A stretch of DNA of 64,000 nucleotides from Octopus vulgaris (GCA_951406725.2 OX597817.1:22382001-22446000); one strand, 5' to 3'. Numbered from the stretch's first letter, positions 39,624 through 53,031 are shown. Numbers and translations: made by a program. The notes: generated by a model not told the origin, from the sequence alone.

Positions 39624-40074
39624 TGCTTAGGAGTGGCTGTATGGTAAGTAGCTTGCTTACCAGCCACATGGTTCCGGGTTCAGTCCCACTGCATGGCACC
39701 TTGGGCATGTGTCTTCTACTATAGCCTCAGGCCGGCCAAAGCCTTGTGAGTAGATTTGGCAGATGGAAACTGAAAGAAGCCTGTCGTATGTATGTATATA
39801 TATATATATATATATATATGCGTGTGTGTGTGTGTGTGTGTATGTGTGTGTGTGTGTGTGTGTGTATGTTTGTGTATCTGTGTTTGTCCCCCCCAACATT
39901 GCTTGACAACTGATGCTGGTGTGTTTACATCCCCGTAACCTAGCAGTTCAGCGAAAGAGACCGATACAATAAGTACTAGGCTGACAAAGAATAAGTCCTG
40001 GGGCCAATTCGCTCGACTAAAGGTAGTGCTCCAGTATGGCCACAGTCAAATGACTGAAACAAGTAAAAGAGTAA
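39624..40074 (+). mobile_element. SINE family B, full length
   Basis: Head, internal (TA)n(TG)n and tail as at 11803. Confidence 0.9.
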
Positions 40075-40463
40075 GGCACTCCTGCACTATTTTCTAAGCT
40101 CTGATCTTGGTCAGAGCCATATAGGATATTTACTGTTCCACAGTTCATTCTACATTAAACTACTCACATAGTGTCACCTGTCACAACAACTATGACCAAT
40201 TAGAAGGTATAAAAATAATAGTTAATATTGGTAATACATTATCGAGTGGTACCATGAAAGCCTAGATTGATAATTTTGTTGATAATTGAACTTGATATAC
40301 AGCATCAGCGTAATTTAGCTCTTATTTCTAGCAATGTAGGTGTTTCTAATACCCTAGTCACATTTAGTGACAATTTCAATTCTTTTTGTGAAACAATATT
40401 TATATTAATTTTATGTATACATATTAGCACATTACTAAATCTTCTATTAATTTGGATGACGAA

Positions 40464-40612
40464 GACAGGTATGGTTGTGTGGTAAGAGGCTTGCTTCCCA
40501 GCCACATGGTTCTGGGTTCAGTCCCACTGTGCAGCACCTTGGTCAAGTGCTTTCTTCTATAGCCTCAGGCTGACCAAAGCCTTGTGAGCAGATTTGGAAA
40601 GAAGCCCATTGT
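40464..40612 (+). mobile_element. SINE family B head
   Basis: A/B boxes and CORE-like segment. Confidence 0.8.
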
Positions 40613-40617
40613 GTATA

Positions 40618-41548
40618 TCATCATCATCATCATCATCATCATCGTTTAGCGTCCGCTTTCCATGCTAGCATGGGTTGGACGGGTCAACTGGGGTCTGTGA
40701 AGCTGGAAGGCTTCGTCAGGCCCAGTCAGATCTGGCAGTGTTTCTACGGCTGGATGCCCTTCCTAATGCCAACCACTCCGCGAGTGTAGTGGGTGTTTTT
40801 TACGTGCCACCTGCACAGGTGCCAGACAGAGCTGGCGAACGGCCACGAACGGATGGTGCTTTTACGTGTCACCGGCACGGGGCCAGGCGATGCTGGCAAC
40901 GGACATGAACGGATGGTGCTTTTACGTGCCACCGACACGGGGCCAGACAGAGCTGGCAACCGGCCACGAACGGACGGTGCTTTTACGTGTCACCGGCACG
41001 GTTGCCAGACAGAGCTGGCAAACGGCCACGAGCGGACGGTGCTTTTACATGTCACCGGCACGGGGGCCAGCCGAGGCTGGCAACGGACACGGACGGATGG
41101 TGCTTTTACGTGCCACCGACATGGGGCCAGACAGAGCTGGCAAACGACCACGAACGGATGGTGCTTTTACGTGCCACCGACACGGGGCCAGACAGAGCTG
41201 GCAAATGGCCACGAACGGACGGTGCTTTTATGTGTCACCGGCACGGGGCCAGGCGAGGCTGGCAACGAACACGAACGGATGGTGCTTTTACGTGCCACCG
41301 ACACGGGGCCAGGCAGAGCTGGCAAATGGCCATGAGCAAATGGTGCTTTTACGTATCACCGGCACGGGTGCCAGACGAGGCTGACAGCGGACACGAACGG
41401 ATGGGTCACTTAACCCCTGCTTTCTGATATATGATTTGATTTTGATTGTTCTCACTGGTCTTGCCGGGTCTTCTCACGCACAGCATACTTCCATAGATCT
41501 CGGTCTCTGGTCATTTCCTTGGTGAGACCTAGAGTTCGAAGGTTGTGC
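40618..41548 (-). mobile_element. 5'-truncated RTE LINE with a 10-unit tandem array in the 3'UTR
   Basis: ORF end HNLRTLGLTKEMTRDRDLWKYAVREKTRQDQ* at ~41452-41548; array 40792-41402; (GAT)n tail. Confidence 0.9.
40792..41402. repeat. minisatellite, 10 x 60-63 bp
   Basis: Units start GGTG(C/T)TTTTA at 40792, 40855, 40915, 40976, 41038, 41099, 41160, 41221, 41281, 41342. Confidence 0.95.
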
Positions 41549-41638
41549 TACGGAAACTTGGTTATTATTTTTCAAGGCAGGTTACATGATGTTAGAAGTG
41601 GGTTCAAAATTCCAATGACACCAAATACATTATAAAGG

Positions 41639-41790
<152 letters not shown>

Positions 41791-42635
41791 TTTATGCATC
41801 TATATATGCACAAAATCCTTGTTGAATTCTCTTTTGTAGGTCAAACTAGCAATTTCCAATAACAAACATATTTCTAAAATATTTCCAAATTTTTCATAAT
41901 GTCTATACTATTTATGACTTAAAGTATACTGTCATTTAAAAATATGTTATTTAGTTATTTCGTTTTTGGATTTGGTTTGCAAGATTCTTGATATGAGTTT
42001 ATGCATTGAAGCATATTCTGTTGTGTCTGGGGAGAGTCATTTTCTTCTTGTGCCTTATAATGTAACACACTCACTGGCGTACGCACTTGTATTTTTTTGG
42101 TATGTAAGCATATGGATATGAAAATAAACAGATCAACATGCAGACGGATAGGTACATAGGTTATAAGAACAGACAAGCACACATACGCAAATGGAGACTG
42201 ACACACATGACCATATATACACACACACACACACACTTTACTCCACACAAGGACACATATGGAGACACAGATCCACACATATAGAGATGCACATCCATCC
42301 ATACATACAAACATGGTACATAGTTGCATACACACATAGACATGCACACACAAGGAGACAGAGGTGCATACATATACAAACACATGCACAGACACACACA
42401 CATAGAAAATACACAAACACGGACATGCAAGTACTTGAATATACAAGATACATACATACAGATTTACACACATATATACATACATACACATACACATACA
42501 TGCATAGGCACACACACATACACACACACACTGACCCACACACATGTGCACAAACAAACATAAAGGAATGCAGTGTAAATGACGGACAGAGTCAAGACTA
42601 TTGAAAAGGTTGCAAGATGCAACATAAATTTTAGG

Positions 42636-42942
42636 AAAAAGCACCATCCGATCGTGGCCTTTGCCAGCCTCGCCTGGCCTCCATGCTGGTGGCACGTAAA
42701 AAGTACCATCCGACCGTGGCCGTTTGCCAGACTTGTCTGGCACCTGTGCAGGAGGCAAGTAAAAAGCACCCACTACACTCATGGAGTGGTTGGCGTTAGG
42801 AAGGGCATCCAGCCGTAGAAACATTGCCAGATCAGACTGGGCCTGGTGCAGCCTTCTGGCTTCCCAGACCCCAGTTGCACCGTCCAACCCATGCCAGCAT
42901 GGAAAGCGGATGCTAAACGATGATGATGATGATGATGATGAT
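42636..42942 (+). mobile_element. RTE LINE 3' end fragment (two units)
   Basis: Units, conserved segment, (GAT)n tail. Confidence 0.88.
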
Positions 42943-44280
42943 AAATAAGAAATACATGTAAATTTTACTGGTGAGTGTGTTACATTATAAGGCACAACAA
43001 GAAAATGACTTTCCCCAGACACAACAGGATATTTAGTTAGTAAACTATTAATCCCATTAATCTTCTCATAATACACAACACAATTTTTGAACACTTCTCT
43101 GTATATAAAGTATGTTGGTCATCCACAAATATCTAGATAGCTGTTCTGTTCTCTGATGATCCTCTGGACTTAATTCATAGACACCTGATCTACATTTGAT
43201 TGTGTAGGCAGAAAGTGAATTAAGATTTTAAATATGGGCGACCTACTGACAACAGGGTGATATTAATCCAGTATCAGAAATATATAAAAATCATGGCATG
43301 TTCAACATGGACTTCGTTGTTTTGTGGAATTGTCAAATCTTAATATTCTGCAAAGCACAATACCATTATGTATTCCTTAAAATTAATTTTTATTTATTCC
43401 TCATTTCTATTTCTTTTAAGTATTCTACTTAACAATCTAAAATGATAAAATAAATATTAAAGAAAATTCCATTTTGGATTAATGGAATTTTATTTCCTTT
43501 TAATTCAGTTTGTTTTATATATTTTGTTTAGGTCCATCAATGTTCTACTTTCCATTAATCTCTAAATAAAGGAATAATCATTCATAATGAGTTAGCAACT
43601 AAAATATTTGGTTAAATTGAGAACGTTAACAAAACATCTAAAGCTAATTATAGCTATATTCATAATGAATGACATAAACAGGAATAAAACTAAATAAGTT
43701 AAATAAATATATTCATCAATTTAATCTTCGTTTTATATTATTTACTACAATATATCCCTTTTATTGAAGAATAATAACAATTTGTATTATTTGTGCTTCA
43801 CAAAAACCTTTTGTTATTGATAGTAATTAAATTTCAAAATTTCAATCAAATTTGAACCTGATTTTTGTAAATTTATTATTTTATCGAATTAGTTATATAT
43901 TCAATATTTTACATGAAGCATCATACTGCTGAATATTGTAAATATTGAAAAATCATGCCATAATATTCTGTCATATCATGCATATTTTTGAGAGGCAATA
44001 CTTTAATAATATATGCACTTGAAATCCTATTATATACTGAGCTTATCTATAATTCGATACTGTTATGAAACAATAACATATATACATATTCATACACACA
44101 TGTACATATATATATCTTTATGCACACACACATACATATACACACACATATGTATGTATATATATGTATATATGTGTACATATTTACACACACATATATA
44201 TATGTATATATATATATATGTATATATATGTATATATATATAAATATGTGTATGTATATATATATGTGTGTGTATATATG

Positions 44281-44357
<77 letters not shown>

Positions 44358-44855
44358 ATGTATAAATATATATATATATATATATATGTATACACACACA
44401 CATATGTACATTTCCACACATGCGCATGTGTGTAAACATATATATCTCATCTTAATCATTTTAATGTATAATTTTTCAATATTTCTGCGAGTTATGCAGC
44501 TTTTCGAGTCAGTTCATTCCTAGATGTTATTGGGTTATCAAGTCTTCCTTCTATTATCATGTTAATATTTAATAATTTCAATTCTCACTCACACTTAGAT
44601 CTTTAGAACTTCTACAGTAATTTGACAAATGACTGCAGAAAGGAAACCAAGTTTCCAGCATTTGAGTATTCTCAAAGTGCTACCTTTAATTATACTACTG
44701 AATGATTGCTTAGAATATTAAAATAGCATAAAGTTATAGTAGATAACCATCTGAGTATTCTGAGCATTTGAGTCTATCATCATATTCACTGATGATCCAG
44801 GTTGGGCTTTTACGTTAATTACTACCATGTAGTCTGTACTGTTTACAGCAACTAG

Positions 44856-45246
44856 TCTCTCTATATATAAAGCTGAAGTTGTCTGTGTATGGCAGGTTTG
44901 ATAGCATTCAACTAACACTATCTTCTCCGAGGCTCTGCGGCGCAAGTTGACCAAAATTAAAAGTATGATAGAAGAAGGCTTGCTCTTCCTTCTGTAGAAG
45001 ACAAAATTCAAATCAGACCATGTTAACACCAAAAATTATTTACATCAAAAAGGTGCTTTTTTCTATGAAAATCCCTATTTTTTACAATCTTTTGACTGCT
45101 GTGTCACCATTTTGCGGTGTATTTCAACCAGAAAAATGATCACTTAAAGAGAATAACAAGCTATATAATGCAAAATTTTTACTTTTCAAAAATTCCAATT
45201 CTAAAGGGTCGAAACACACCTGAGCAACGCTGGACGATACTGCTAG
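44856..45246 (+). mobile_element. non-autonomous Helitron-like element
   Basis: 5' TCTCTCTATATATAAA; 3' end CCTGAGCAACGCTGGACGATACTG-CTAG|T shared with 61038-61065. Confidence 0.75.
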
Positions 45247-45363
45247 TTATTGATATTTAGGAATTGTCTTTGACATGCTCACCACACAGAGATAAGATTC
45301 TCTATAGTGACAATTTTTGAGTAGTCTGTTCTTCTCTTCATTGCTTCAATCAAAATGAATTAT

Positions 45364-45940
45364 AGGCACAGGAGTGGCTGTGTGGTAAGTAGCTTGCTTA
45401 CCAGCCACATGGTTCCGGGTTAAATCCCACTGCGTGGCACCTTGGGCAAGTGTCTTATACTCAGGCTGATCAAAGCCTTGTGAGTGGATTTGGCAGAGAG
45501 AAACTGAAAGAAGCCTGTCGTATATATGTATATATATATATATATATATAAAGGGAAAGTTTACGAAAATAAACAAAAGATGAAGGCAGGTGGTGTACAA
45601 ACAAACAAATGTACTAGTATAGCTTTCAGGAATAGAAAAAGTCTTTTACGTTTCGAGCCTACGCTCTTCCACAGAAAGATACACAGAAAAAAAAACAAGG
45701 AGAAAAGCAAGGAGGTATGTATGTGTGTGGATTTGTTTGTGTGTCTGTGTTTGTCCCCCCAACATCGCTTGACAACCGATACTGGTGTGTTTTACGTCCC
45801 TGTAACTTAGTGGTTCGGCAAAAGAGACCAATAGAGTAAGTTCTAGGCTTCCAAAGAATAAGTCCTGGAGTCGATTTGCTCGACTAAAGGCAGTGCTCCA
45901 GCATGGCCACAGTCAAATGACTGGAACAAGTAAAAGAGTA
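45364..45940 (+). mobile_element. SINE family B with a PLE-like piece (45550-45712) inserted in its internal microsatellite
   Basis: B head and tail separated by a minus-strand hammerhead-bearing fragment. Confidence 0.85.
45642..45679 (-). ncRNA. atypical minimal hammerhead-like fold
   Basis: Minus strand: TCTTT-CTGTGGA-A-GAGC gtag GCTC-GAAA-CG-TA-AAAGA. Confidence 0.55.
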
Positions 45941-46859
45941 TATTAAACATCCTTATCTACAATATTATGCATTATTGATCCACTCGTGAGAGTAGCAGAG
46001 TTACAGATATGGTAGTACAATGGATTAAGGTCCTTTCAGATATGGCTTTTCCACATATAAACAAAACACATACATGGTGAAGCAAAGGAAGAATTCTCTA
46101 CGTATTCACTTGATCAGATAGAAAATGCAATCAAAATCTAATACTACCCTCTTTCATCTTAAAAACACATGTAGCTTTGGATGAAGTGTTTTAAAATAAG
46201 ATGGGATGGTCATGGCTGGAATACTTTGATCATAGGTCTTCATGATCAGAACTGACCTAAGTTTAAAGAATATCATCATCATCATCATCAGTTAGCATCT
46301 ACTTTCCATGCTGGCATAGGTCAGATGGTTTGACTGGCACTTGTAAGGCAGAGAGTTGCACCAAGTTCCAGTCCGATTTGGCAGGGTTTCTATGGCTGGA
46401 TGCCCTTCCTAACACTAAAGTTTTGTTTTAGTTACTACCACTTACTTAAACCTTTTTACTTAGGATAGAATTATTCTAATGAACAACTTCTGTACATTCA
46501 CTCATCTTGCTAGAAGTAGTAGCCAAGTCTCTCTCAAATCATAACCTACCATTTTAAAAGTATGAATGGCACTTTGGACGTTGTAATTGTAAAATACAAA
46601 AGATGATAATGACTAGAATGTATTCGTTTTCAAGAACTAAATAATTACTCTTATTCAGGGAGTTTTAACAACAGATACTCCTTAATTTATTCATTGTCCG
46701 AGATCTTTTGGAGCATTTCACCATTCTTTTGTATTTTACTTAATTCTCATTAAAATGCAATTTATTTGTTCCAATATGACATTTCTTACACCTCTGCTTC
46801 TGCTCTTTGAGAACTTGTAAGTTGTTTATAATATGCTGTTATTTGTAATTGACCAGATA

Positions 46860-47243
46860 TATCCTCCTCATCCTCCTTCACCTCCTCCTCCTCCTTCACC
46901 TCCTCCTCCTCCTTCACCTCCCCCTCTTCTTCCTCCTCCTTCACCTCCTCCTCCTCATTCTTCACCTCCTCCTCACCCTCCTCCTCCACTTCCTCCTCCT
47001 CCTTCATCTCATCCTCATCCTCCTTCACCTCCTCTTCCTCTTCTTCCTCCTCCCCCTCCTCATTCTTCACCTCCTCCTCCTCCTCCCCCTCCTCCTCCTT
47101 CATCTCATCCTCCTCCTCCTTCACCTCCTCTTCCTCTTTTTCCTCCTCCTCCTTCCTCCTCCTCCTTCACCTCCTCTTCCCCTTCATCAACCACCACCTC
47201 CTCCTCATCATCACCACCACCATCGTCGTCATCATCATCATCA
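46860..47243. repeat. degenerate (CCT)n polypyrimidine repeat
   Basis: CCT triplets punctuated by TTCACC. Confidence 0.95.
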
Positions 47244-47774
47244 CTTAAACATCCACTTTTTCATGCTTCCATGGATCAAACAGAGTTTCTTGAGGCCGAT
47301 TTCCAAAGGGATGGATACTACTGTTCCTGTCGCCAACCCCTTCACTTGTTGTTTCCCAGCAAAAAAAAATATATTCCCATGATCTGAAAATTGGAAAAAA
47401 AAATGAGACTGCTTGTATGAGGGTGGTACTCATTTACGACTATCACATGATGTCAAAATAAGGAGGTGCACACATACACACACACACGCACATGATAAGC
47501 CTCTGTCAACTAAATCAACTCTCCTGGCTTTGCTCTGTTACTATAGCCTGGGGCTATAGTAGAAGTCACTTTCCCAAATTAGCATAGAGTGGGACAGAAC
47601 CTGAAACCATATAGTTGTGAAGCATACTTCTTAAACACACAACCTTGCTTATACTTAGCTTATAGTATAGAAATATTCCATTTTTACCTGTTTGTTCATA
47701 TGAAGCAGGTGAACACTATCTAACTACATTTTAAAACTAAATTATTGGTATAGCTGCACACTTACGCATTGTCA

Positions 47775-47805
<31 letters not shown>

Positions 47806-47806
47806 T

Positions 47807-47877
<71 letters not shown>

Positions 47878-47878
47878 T

Positions 47879-47967
<89 letters not shown>

Positions 47968-48025
47968 ACTACTACTACCACCACCACCACCACTACCACC
48001 ACCACCACAACCACTACTGCTGCTT

Positions 48026-48071
<46 letters not shown>

Positions 48072-48109
48072 CACCACTACCACCACCACCACAACCACTA
48101 CTGCTGCTT

Positions 48110-48161
<52 letters not shown>

Positions 48162-48247
48162 CACCACCACCACCACCACCACTTTCCCCATCACCACCAC
48201 AACACTACTGCTACTGCTGCAGCTGCTGCTGCTACTACTACTACTAT

Positions 48248-48297
<50 letters not shown>

Positions 48298-48320
48298 TTA
48301 CAACTACTACTACTACTACT
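47775..48320. repeat. compound (CTA)n/(CTG)n/(CCA)n trinucleotide array
   Basis: In-register triplet blocks, some duplicated as higher-order units. Confidence 0.97.
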
Positions 48321-48486
48321 GATGATAATAACTGGCTCTAATTAGGCACAAGGTTGGAAATTTTGAGAGAAGAGGAGTCTGTCATTACCATTGATCCCTG
48401 TCCAAAAAAGGAACCAAAGATCCTTTTTTGTGCCATAGGCTCATAAGGCTGGTTTCCTGGATACTCTGGCATATTTATTCACTCCA

Positions 48487-48980
48487 GGCACAGGAGTGGT
48501 TGTGTGGTAAGTAGCTTGCTTACTAACCATATGATTCCGGGTTCATTCCCACTGCGTGGCACCTTAGGCAAGTGACTTCTACTATAGCCTTGGGCTGACG
48601 AAAGCCTTGTGAATGGATTTGGTGGACAGAAACTGAAAGAAGCCCATCATATATATCATCATCATCATCATCATCATCATTTAGCGTCCGTTTTCCATGC
48701 TAGCATGGGTTGGACGGTTCAACTGGGGTCTGGGGAGCCCGAAGGCTGCACCAGGCCAGTCAGATCTGGCAGTGTTTCTACAGCTGGATGCCCTTCCTAA
48801 CGCCAACCACTCCGAGAGTGTAGTGGGTGATTTTATGTGCCACCGACACAGGTGCCAGACGAGGCTGGCGAACGGCCACGCTCGGATGGTGTTTTTATGT
48901 GCCACCGACACAGGTGCCAGACGAGGCTGGCAGACGGCCACGCTCGGATGGTGTTTTTATGTGCCACCGACACAGGTGCC

Positions 48981-49038
<58 letters not shown>

Positions 49039-49207
49039 TTGTGTGTCTGTGTTTGTCCCCCGACATCGCTTGACAACCGATGCTGGTGTGTTTACGTCCC
49101 CATAACATAGCAGTTTGGCAAAAGAGACTGATAAAATAAGTACTAGGCTTCCAAAGAATAAGCCCTGGGGTCGATTTGCTTGACTAAAGGCAGTGCTCCA
49201 GCATGGC
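48487..49207 (+). mobile_element. SINE family B with an antisense RTE 3' fragment (48657-48980) inserted in its microsatellite
   Basis: B head 48487-48650, RTE piece, B tail 48985-49207. Confidence 0.88.
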
Positions 49208-49462
49208 ACATAAAAAGCATCAACCGATTGTGGACATTGCTAGACTCCTATGGCCCTGTGCCAGTAGCACTTAAAAAAGCACCCACAACACTCACAGAGT
49301 GGTTGGCATTAGGAAGGGCATCCAGCTGTAGAAACACTACCAGATCAGACTGGAGCCTAGTGCAGCCTCCTGGCTTCCTAGACCCTGGTCGAACCATCCA
49401 ATCCATGCTAGCATGGAAAACGGGCGTTAAATGATGATGATGGTGATGATGATGATGATGAT
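49205..49462 (+). mobile_element. RTE LINE 3' end fragment
   Basis: Conserved segment and (GAT)n tail. Confidence 0.8.
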
Positions 49463-49742
49463 TTAATCAAATTCTGCTGAAATTGGCTTTGCCTTTCATC
49501 TTTTGGGGATCAATAAAAATAAGTACCAGTTGAGTACTGGAGTCAATAGAATCGACTTACTCCTCCCTCAAGTAACTGGCCTGGTAGCAAAAGTTGAAAC
49601 CAATATTATTTTTTTAGCATTTTCTAGCAGGATTGAAAGACAGTCAGAAAAATTGCTATGCAGTACTTATTCTAGCTCTTCATATTCTGAGTTCAAAATC
49701 AATTTTAATTTTCCTCCTTTTATAGAAAGGATATAATAAAGA

Positions 49743-50098
49743 CAATTGCAGCGTGGAAGGCGTTTGTAAGCCATTTAAGAAACACACAAAAGCTGTTCGA
49801 TTCACTTCAACATTTAAGTTTAATTTGTCAAAATATTTTCGTCGCTTTAAGACCGCGACCTGTTCACTGACAGAAATCCGTGCTGTCTCTTCATCCAATG
49901 CAGCACGGATTTTTGTCAGTGAACAGGTCGCGGTCCCATAGCGACGAAAATATTTTGACAAATTAGACTTAAATTTTGAAGTGAATCGAACGGCTTTTGT
50001 GTGTTTCTTAAATGGCTTACAAACGCCTTCCACGCTGCAATTGGTTTCGTTCCAGCACACGATCTCAGATCAGATCACTTGCTATGCAAGTACATCTC
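49743..50098 (+). mobile_element. palindromic PLE-like insertion: 143-bp inverted arms, 55-bp tail, 11-bp TSD
   Basis: 49743-49885 vs 49901-50043 (7 mismatches counted); TSD TATAATAAAGA at 49732-49742 and 50099-50109. Confidence 0.85.
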
Positions 50099-50890
50099 TA
50101 TAATAAAGAACCAGTAAACAACTATTGTTAATGGTAATTGACTCAACCCCTGGTTTCAAAATTGTTAGTCTTCTGCTTAAATTAGAAGTCATTATTATTT
50201 TATATATATTTTTGACGAGTACTAACTTAGAGCAACATAAAATAGATATCCCTAGAAATTTCACAGATTTTTCTCCAAACTAAAATTCCTTACAAGACAA
50301 ATTAGCAATAATGTTTGGCTTTGATGGAATCTGATACGTGAGAGGTGAGAGGCAATTTTTTGCTGACATGGAACCCTTCCATAGCATACGTTAGATTTCC
50401 TGATAACTGATTAACCACTACTTAATATTCTTGCTTTCTAAAATGAATTAGGAAATATTGAAAGCCTTGCCATAGGGGAATGGAGAATGACTTTGGAAGG
50501 TTAAGAAAGCAAAACCTTGAGAATCAATTTTACTATGCACTGATAGACAATGAATCCAGTCATTTTACTTCAATCAGAAGATATATATATATACATACAT
50601 ACATACATATATATACACACACACACACACAAATGCACACATGCAAATACACATACAAAAGGAACGAAAAAGGAAAGGATGAAGAAATCTCAGAAAATGA
50701 AACTAACTTTAGAAAATGTGGAAAACAGCAAAATCATTACTGTCTTCAAATTGTTTCATTAATTTATCTCTGTGCAGTTAATTAGTTATAAAACAACAAA
50801 ATCTACATTAATGAGTTTATTACAGAAAATGCTAGGTGTCTAGCTTGAGGTTACAGAAAGAAAAAAAAGGGGGAAATGTATATATGTATG

Positions 50891-50968
<78 letters not shown>

Positions 50969-51672
50969 TGTATGTATTTCTCTTTATTTTTTCATTACAG
51001 TTTTTTTATTTGTTTTCTAATTGAAATTTAGAGACCTTTCATGGAGGAATGAATTGCAAATTATCTTGTGAGAGCAAGAAGAAAATGAAGCTATTTCACT
51101 TTTCTTACAGATGAGATTGAGATAGGGGTGGGATAAGAGAAGGAGAGAGAAAGAAGGAGAAAGAGAGGAGAGAGAGAGAGAGCAAGCGAGAGAAACTGTG
51201 AAGGAAAGAGCAAGAGAGAGAGAGAATGTGTGGGCTTGTGAGAGATAAATGGATAGATAGATAGATAATAGAGAGATAAAAAGATAAATAACTACAGAGG
51301 GAGAGATAGTGGAGAGATGTAACCTACTTTTATATATTAAAAGACTACACATAATATTGTCCAGGGCAGTGGCCATTTGTTTCTTAATGGCACCTAATAT
51401 CTTATGAATTGTCAGTTGTTTACAACAGCCTGCGAGTCTAGATAATATCATTGTCGTAGCTTTCATGTTTATGGGACATCTAATTTCATGAGAACATCTT
51501 ACTTGAAGCTACATTATTTGGAAGTAGTTATGTGGCCGAATGGTAAAGTCTGAAGTCTTGTGTTCAAATTTGGCCTAAGCATTGTTTCGCTCTAAGAGAA
51601 ATCAATCAGCATATTGCATACATCTCTCATAATGTCAACCAAAATTTAAAATTTTCAAGTTGGCACAGCATG

Positions 51673-51713
<41 letters not shown>

Positions 51714-52071
51714 GTATCTACCTACATATAAATATAATTCCAGTGGTTATTTCTTCAATGTTATTCAGTTAAATTGCGAAATCCAGCTAAGAAATGATAC
51801 TTTCTCAGTCTTCAAAAAATATAACAAGCTGTTTGTCTTAGAGCAATCATGGGCAACCTGTAGTCTGTGGGACTTCCTGAAAGGCATGCCTAATGAAAGA
51901 TTATCTTGAATATTTTAGTTGTGCAACCTGCTTGATATTAAAATAAGTCTTTGTAACCTGTTTCTTAAAAAAAACTTTGTCCATTCCAGTGTTAGAGTGA
52001 TAAATAATTCAGTCACATGCAGAACTTTAGAAAGATCTTCAATATGTATATATGTACATACATATATATAT

Positions 52072-52965
52072 CATCATTATCATCATCATTTGACGTCTGT
52101 TTTCCATGCTGGCATGGGTTGGATGGTTTGACAGGAGCTGGGCAGTGCTTCAGCTAGCCATTCTCTGTGTCTGTTTTGACTTAGTTTCTATGGTTGGATG
52201 CCCTTCCTAACAACAACCACCTTACAGAGTGTACTGGCTGTATTTACGGGACACTGGTACAGGTGATTTTTACGTGGCATTAGCACTCATGAGCCCACTG
52301 TTTCCATATGTTCAGCTGGAGAGGGATGCAGGGAACAAGCCTGTATGCAAAGACAACCATGTTTTTCCTTAACTTGACCTGACTTTTCAAGCACAACAAA
52401 CCACTAGGTGACTCAGTCCCCTGTCATCCTCTCTGTGAATCCCAACATCCATAAATCCTTTCTCACCACTTTGTTCCACGTCTTCCTAGGTATACACCTT
52501 CCACATGTTCCCTCTACAATTTGAGACTGGCACCTCTTGATGCAGCTATCTTCATTCATATATATTACATGACCATACCAATACAGTCTTCTGTCTCTCA
52601 TGCTACATCTGTAGCCTCGTATACCCAGTTATTCTCTCAAGTCATTTATACTGTCATATATGCATACTAAACCCATCCCTTGGATTATACAGGCTTCATT
52701 TCTTTCAAGCCTTCACATATGCTCAGTAGTCACAGCCCAAGTCACACTGCAGTGTAGCATAGCCGTTCATACACTGAGTTCATACAATCTGCCTTTCACC
52801 CTGAGGCAGAGGTCCTTCATTACTAACAGCAGCAGTAGTTCTCAGAACTTTGCCCAGCCTATTCTTATTTTAGCAGCTATGTTTTCAGAACAACCTCCCC
52901 CACTACCAACTTGTTCACATAAGTAACAGAAACTCTCTGCTACTTCTAAGGATCCCTCCACAGAC
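52072..52965 (-). mobile_element. degenerate RTE LINE (RT C-terminus plus 3'UTR)
   Basis: RRLYWYGHVIYMNEDSCIKRC..EGTCGRCIPRKTWNKVV, then the conserved 3' segment and (GAT)n. Confidence 0.88.
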
Positions 52966-53031
52966 ATTTGAGGGAGTCAAAGCCTAGTTTTTGAACATTC
53001 CTGGTATTGTCGACAGTATACAACTACTTGA

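Noticed and set aside
40792-41402. CRISPR-like appearance of the 60-bp array
   Set aside because: Whole units are homologous with no unique spacers, there are no cas genes, and it lies in a eukaryotic LINE 3'UTR
41955-43094. Longest ORF (379 aa)
   Set aside because: Antisense RTE 3'UTR fused to degenerate (TG)n; no protein-like content
46786-47124. Glu-rich ORF (EEEVKEEE)
   Set aside because: Degenerate (GAG)n repeat running into (GAT)n and a TE end; no supporting exon structure
47769-48341. Poly-Y/C/H/T ORFs
   Set aside because: Compound trinucleotide microsatellite
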